Below are positions 25,168 to 28,839 of a DNA stretch of 28,839 bases, piece by piece. This stretch comes from Candidatus Kaiserbacteria bacterium (GTDB lineage: Bacteria > Patescibacteriota > Minisyncoccia > Phycocordibacterales > Phycocordibacteraceae). The stretch is taken from contig QIHK01000066.1 of assembly GCA_003230945.1 (NCBI GenBank), positions 1 to 28,839 of the forward strand, read 5' to 3'. Within the stretch, counting starts at the first letter, position 1. Each line of letters begins with the position of its first letter. The notes beneath the pieces were generated by a model, which was not told the origin of the DNA, did not search any database, and saw only the letters and a list, made by a program, of their open reading frames with translations. A program made the translations under genes and the position numbers.

Positions 25168-26442
25168 ATGCTTTCGCAATTTCTACACAAAATTAAACTT
25201 GCCTTTTCAGATAAGGAGATACGTACACGTCTTCTCTTTCTTGTGGCTGCTCTTGCTCTCTTTCGTCTTCTCGCCGCTATTCCTATTCCTGGTGTAGATA
25301 AAGCGGCTCTTGCAAATTTCTTCGCGAGTAATCAGTTTCTCGGTCTTTTAAATATTTTCTCAGGTGGCGGTCTTTCGCGTCTTTCTATAGTGATGCTTGG
25401 CGTGGGTCCCTACATTACCTCGTCCATTATTATGCAGTTGGCAACCATTGTATTTCCACAAATAAAAAATGCCTACTTTGAGGAAGGGGAAGCAGGTCGT
25501 GCAAAATTTATTGAATGGAGTCGCTTGCTTACGATTCCTATCGCACTTCTTCAATCTATTGCCTTCCTACTTCTTCTCGAGGGACAGGGCGTCATTGCCC
25601 ATCTTGGTACAGTTTCTCTTATTGCAAATATTGGTCTTGTAGCTGCCGGTTCAATGCTTCTTATGTGGATTGGTGAGCTTGTAACAGAGTTTGGTATCGG
25701 TAATGGAGTCTCTCTTATCATTTTTGCCGGTATTGTAGCCCGTGTACCATCAGCTATTTCACAAACCATCTTTGCTTCTACTGCAGCGAATATTCCAGCA
25801 TACTTGGCTTTTGGTGCTTTTGCCCTTCTTATGACGTATGCGGTTGTTGTGGTATCAGATGCTGAACGTTCAATTCCTATCGCTTACGCACGCGCCGTAC
25901 GCGGAGCTGCGATGCAACAGGGAGCGTCAACCTATCTTCCTATTCGTCTTCTTCAGGCCGGTGTTATTCCTATCATTTTTGCACTGTCTCTTCTTTTGCT
26001 TCCACAAATGATACTCTCAGTGCTTTCAGGACTACATCTTTCTTTCGCCTCTGGAGCTTCCCTTTGGTACACATCCTTTTTGTCTGATCCATGGAAGTAT
26101 GGTTCGCTCTACTTCATCCTTGTTGTACTCTTTACCTACTTCTATACAGCGGTTACGTTCGAGCCACATCGCGTTGCAGAGAATCTTCAAAAATCAGGTG
26201 CCTTTGTTCCTGGCGTACGTCCCGGTCATGAGACCGAATCATATATCGGTGCAATAGTGAATCGAGTAACACTTCCGGGCGCTGTCTTTCTCGGTCTTAT
26301 TGCTGTAGCTCCATCAATAATTCAAGGACTTACCGGTGTTACTACGCTTATCCTTGGTGGTACCGCCCTTCTTATCGGTGTACAGGTAGCCCTTGATCTA
26401 GCTCAAAAACTCGATGCACAAGTGTCTCTTCATGAATATTAA
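25168..26442 (+). CDS. secY: Preprotein translocase subunit SecY
   Basis: LGVGPYITSSIIMQL, WIGELVTEFGIGNGVSLIIFAGI, AGVIPIIFA, PGVRPG and GGTALLI motifs. Confidence 0.99.
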   Translation: MLSQFLHKIKLAFSDKEIRTRLLFLVAALALFRLLAAIPIPGVDKAALANFFASNQFLGLLNIFSGGGLSRLSIVMLGVGPYITSSIIMQLATIVFPQIKNAYFEEGEAGRAKFIEWSRLLTIPIALLQSIAFLLLLEGQGVIAHLGTVSLIANIGLVAAGSMLLMWIGELVTEFGIGNGVSLIIFAGIVARVPSAISQTIFASTAANIPAYLAFGAFALLMTYAVVVVSDAERSIPIAYARAVRGAAMQQGASTYLPIRLLQAGVIPIIFALSLLLLPQMILSVLSGLHLSFASGASLWYTSFLSDPWKYGSLYFILVVLFTYFYTAVTFEPHRVAENLQKSGAFVPGVRPGHETESYIGAIVNRVTLPGAVFLGLIAVAPSIIQGLTGVTTLILGGTALLIGVQVALDLAQKLDAQVSLHEY

Positions 26443-26474
26443 AATAAATTTTATTGTACATTAGGACTTAATTC

Positions 26475-26507
26475 CAAAATAGGTAGCTTTTTAAGCTACC
26501 TATTTTG
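26475..26507. terminator. Terminator after secY
   Basis: caaaataggtagctt / ttt / aagctacctattttg, a 15-bp perfect stem. Confidence 0.75.
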
Positions 26508-26533
26508 CGTTTCATGCTCTCATCCCGTACACT
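26505..26533 (+). promoter_or_regulatory. Promoter for adk-map (near-leaderless)
   Basis: TTGCGT (26505-26510) - 17 nt - TACACT (26528-26533). The ATG follows 9 nt later. Confidence 0.6.
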
Positions 26534-26542
26534 TACTCTACT

Positions 26543-27112
26543 ATGGATAAAGCACGAACTATCTTTTTTGTTGGAAAGCCAGGATGTGGGAAGGGAACCC
26601 AAGCGAAATTGCTTGCTAAAAAAACTGGGTGGACAATCATCTCAGCTGGTAATAAGTTTCGTGATTTAGCAGCTGAAAACACTCCTGTTGGGCGAAAAGT
26701 AAAAACTGAAAATGATGCAGGCCTTCTTCAGCCGTACTGGCTTGCTACCTACCTCTATTTGCAAGAACTTTTTGCTCTTCCTGATAATGCACCTATTATT
26801 TTTGATGGATTCAATCGTAAAGTACCGGAAGCAGAACTTGTTCTTGAGTCACTTAAATGGCTCGATAGATCATTCTCAATTGTGTATCTTGCTGTTTCTG
26901 ATGAAGAGGTACGTCGACGGCTCAATGAACGAAAAGAAGTATCTGGTCGAGTAGACGATTTTGCTCCTGAAGAACGCTTGAAGGAATATTATGAACATAC
27001 AGAAAATGCTATAGAGATATTTCGTGATGCGGAAGTGCTTATTGAAGTTAACGGTGAACAACCTCTTGAAAAGATTTCAAAAGAGATCAATACCGCACTC
27101 ACTCTTTCATGA
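26543..27112 (+). CDS. adk: Adenylate kinase (short-LID type)
   Basis: GKPGCGKGTQA P-loop, ISAG, IFDGFNR and R..GRVDD, at the canonical position after secY. Confidence 0.92.
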   Translation: MDKARTIFFVGKPGCGKGTQAKLLAKKTGWTIISAGNKFRDLAAENTPVGRKVKTENDAGLLQPYWLATYLYLQELFALPDNAPIIFDGFNRKVPEAELVLESLKWLDRSFSIVYLAVSDEEVRRRLNERKEVSGRVDDFAPEERLKEYYEHTENAIEIFRDAEVLIEVNGEQPLEKISKEINTALTLS

Positions 27113-27151
27113 TTTCAATATAAAAATAACTATAAAATTTACTACTAAAAA

Positions 27152-27919
27152 ATGATTATTAAAAATGATACACAGCGAGAAAATCTTATTGAGGCTGGTA
27201 GGCGTCTTGGAAATCTTCTAGAAGATTTACGCGGGAAAGTAGTATCTGGTATTTCTACTGAAGAGCTTGATGACTTTGCTGAGTCGACTATTCGAGACAG
27301 TGGCGACGAGCCAGCATTCCTTGGGTATACCCCGGAAGGGTCAACGCGTGCTTACCCTGCAACACTCTGCGTTTCAATAAATGAAGAAATTGTGCATGGT
27401 ATTCCAAATGAATCGCCTACCTATCTTAAAGAAGGAGATATCGTTGGGCTTGATCTTGGCCTCACCCATAAAGGAATTATCGTTGATGCAGCCATTACCG
27501 TGGCTGTTGGTATACCGAGTGAAAAAACAAAGAAACTCCTCTATGCGACCCAAAATGCCCTCACTGCGGGCATTGCTGCAGCATTGCCAGGTAATCATAT
27601 TGGTGATATTGGATACGCTATTCAGAAAGAGATTATAGACGCCGGTTTTTCAGTTGTAAAATTACTAGGAGGTCATGGTGTTGGTGAGCGGGTACATGAA
27701 GAACCATTCGTACCAAATTTTGGTCGTCGGGGTGCTGGAGAGGAGCTTTTTGAGGGTATGGTGCTTGCTCTTGAACCTATTAGTAGTGAAGGAAAGAATT
27801 CAATTCTCCTTGCCCCAGACGGATATACTTATCGTACTAAGGACGGCTCACGAAGTGCTCATTTTGAGCATACTATTCTTATTGAAAAAGATGGCCCGCT
27901 TGTGGTTACACAGCCCTAG
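27152..27919 (+). CDS. map: Methionine aminopeptidase type I
   Basis: CVSINEEIVHGIP, GHGVG..HEEP, LEP and SAHFEHT motifs. Confidence 0.98.
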   Translation: MIIKNDTQRENLIEAGRRLGNLLEDLRGKVVSGISTEELDDFAESTIRDSGDEPAFLGYTPEGSTRAYPATLCVSINEEIVHGIPNESPTYLKEGDIVGLDLGLTHKGIIVDAAITVAVGIPSEKTKKLLYATQNALTAGIAAALPGNHIGDIGYAIQKEIIDAGFSVVKLLGGHGVGERVHEEPFVPNFGRRGAGEELFEGMVLALEPISSEGKNSILLAPDGYTYRTKDGSRSAHFEHTILIEKDGPLVVTQP

Positions 27920-27984
27920 TATACTGTGACCGTTTTCGTTATACTCTCTCTATTACCGCCCACGGCGATTTTATTTTTATCTTT

Positions 27985-28590
27985 ATGACTTATCCAAAAA
28001 CTGAACGAACACTCGTTATTATTAAACCAGACGGCATTCAACGTACTTTAATAGGGGAAATTATAAAACGGTACGAGCGCGTTGGTATAAAATTAGTTGC
28101 TATAAAAATGCTTCTTCCAACAGAAGAAAAAGTTGAAAAGCACTATTTACTTGATCCCTCTTGGAAGAAGAATGTTGGAGAAAAATCAATTGCGAGCTAT
28201 GAGAAGAAGGGAATAACTCCGCCATCAACCGACCCTATTGCGGTCGGAAATATGGTTGTTGAGAAATTAAAGAAATACTTCACTTGTGGTCCCGTTATTG
28301 CGATGGTTTGGGAAGGAGCACATGTTGTTGAGGTTGTACGTAAAATTACTGGTGGTACGGAACCACGCTCGACCGATGTAGGTACCATTCGTGGCGACTT
28401 TGTACTTGATTCTTATATCATGGCAGATACTGATGACCGTGCTATAAGAAATCTCATTCATGCTTCTGGTACCGTCGATGAATCAGCTGCAGAAATAGCA
28501 CTTTGGTTTACCCCCAATGAAATTATAGAGTATAGCCTCATACAGGAGCAGATTCTCTATGATGTAAATATTGATGGAGTCCTCGAATAA
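27985..28590 (+). CDS. ndk: Nucleoside diphosphate kinase (long form with an internal insertion)
   Basis: ERTLVIIKPDGIQR, GPVIAMVWEG, GTIRGDF and NLIHASG (catalytic His). Confidence 0.95.
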   Translation: MTYPKTERTLVIIKPDGIQRTLIGEIIKRYERVGIKLVAIKMLLPTEEKVEKHYLLDPSWKKNVGEKSIASYEKKGITPPSTDPIAVGNMVVEKLKKYFTCGPVIAMVWEGAHVVEVVRKITGGTEPRSTDVGTIRGDFVLDSYIMADTDDRAIRNLIHASGTVDESAAEIALWFTPNEIIEYSLIQEQILYDVNIDGVLE

Positions 28591-28605
28591 ATAGATATAT
28601 AAAGT

Positions 28606-28642
28606 GATAACGAAGATCCGCGGAAGCGGGTTTTTTGTTATC
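28606..28642 (+). terminator. Intrinsic terminator after ndk
   Basis: gataacgaagatccgc-GGAA-gcgggttttttgttatc, a GNRA-capped stem with a U-tract. Confidence 0.8.
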
Positions 28643-28680
28643 CACCTCTTTTTTTAAGGGGAGTGGAGTATAATCATAGA

Positions 28681-28825
28681 TGGAGCTACTTCGCACGTCA
28701 TGCAACTTGATCTTTTAAAGGGAACTCAATATTCACGCTTGCCTCCGCGAGTCCTTTAGGATTCCATGGCGGCGATGAGAGTACCCACGTAGCATACATA
28801 AGTTGCTATACCCGAAGTAGTTCCA
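28681..28825 (+). ncRNA. ssrS: Probable 6S RNA (compact)
   Basis: TATAAT at 28669-28674, 6 nt before a 13-bp closing stem (28681-28693/28813-28825). Second stem gcaactt/aagttgc, central bubble, then gggaactc/gagtaccc helix followed by CCCACG, and a terminal hairpin tcc-ttta-gga. Confidence 0.6.
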
Positions 28826-28839
28826 GAAAAGCTCCGACT

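Noticed and set aside
5601-27929. Numerous antisense or alternate-frame ORFs of 60-306 aa overlapping ribosomal, fusA, tuf, secY and map genes (e.g. 21341..22261, 23891..24532)
   Set aside because: They are shadows of well-supported genes and carry no recognisable motifs.
1-28839. Alternative genetic code (TGA = Gly, as in Gracilibacteria/SR1)
   Set aside because: Conserved genes are full length under code 11, with no internal TGA, and TGA terminates ORFs at 389, 2149, 5142 and 27112.

Overview
Bacterial genome segment, genetic code 11, most consistent with a Patescibacteria/CPR (Parcubacteria-like) organism: no rpmD (L30) between rpsE and rplO, SD-less AT-rich start contexts, and CPR-type secreted/VirB6-like genes. 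Bases 1-5142 hold a cluster of secreted and membrane proteins. It includes a TrbL/VirB6-like gene broken by a perfect 19-bp tandem duplication. The rest is the str-S10-spc ribosomal protein region (rpsL through secY, adk, map) followed by ndk. This region is fragmented into separately promoted units. A 4.7-kb accessory island (membrane protein, SGNH hydrolase, orphan ThiF/E1-like enzyme, 38-aa Arg/Thr peptide, NIF3-like protein, permuted papain-like enzyme) splits fusA from tuf. A structured non-coding interval with its own promoter and terminator splits rpsJ from rplC. A DUF3298/RsiV-like gene sits antisense between rplB and rpsS. A long palindrome plus a new promoter precedes a Zn-independent rpsN. 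The window ends with a promoter-preceded rod-shaped RNA with a central bubble that looks like a compact 6S RNA. All family assignments come from motif recognition by eye, and no searches or folding programs were run.
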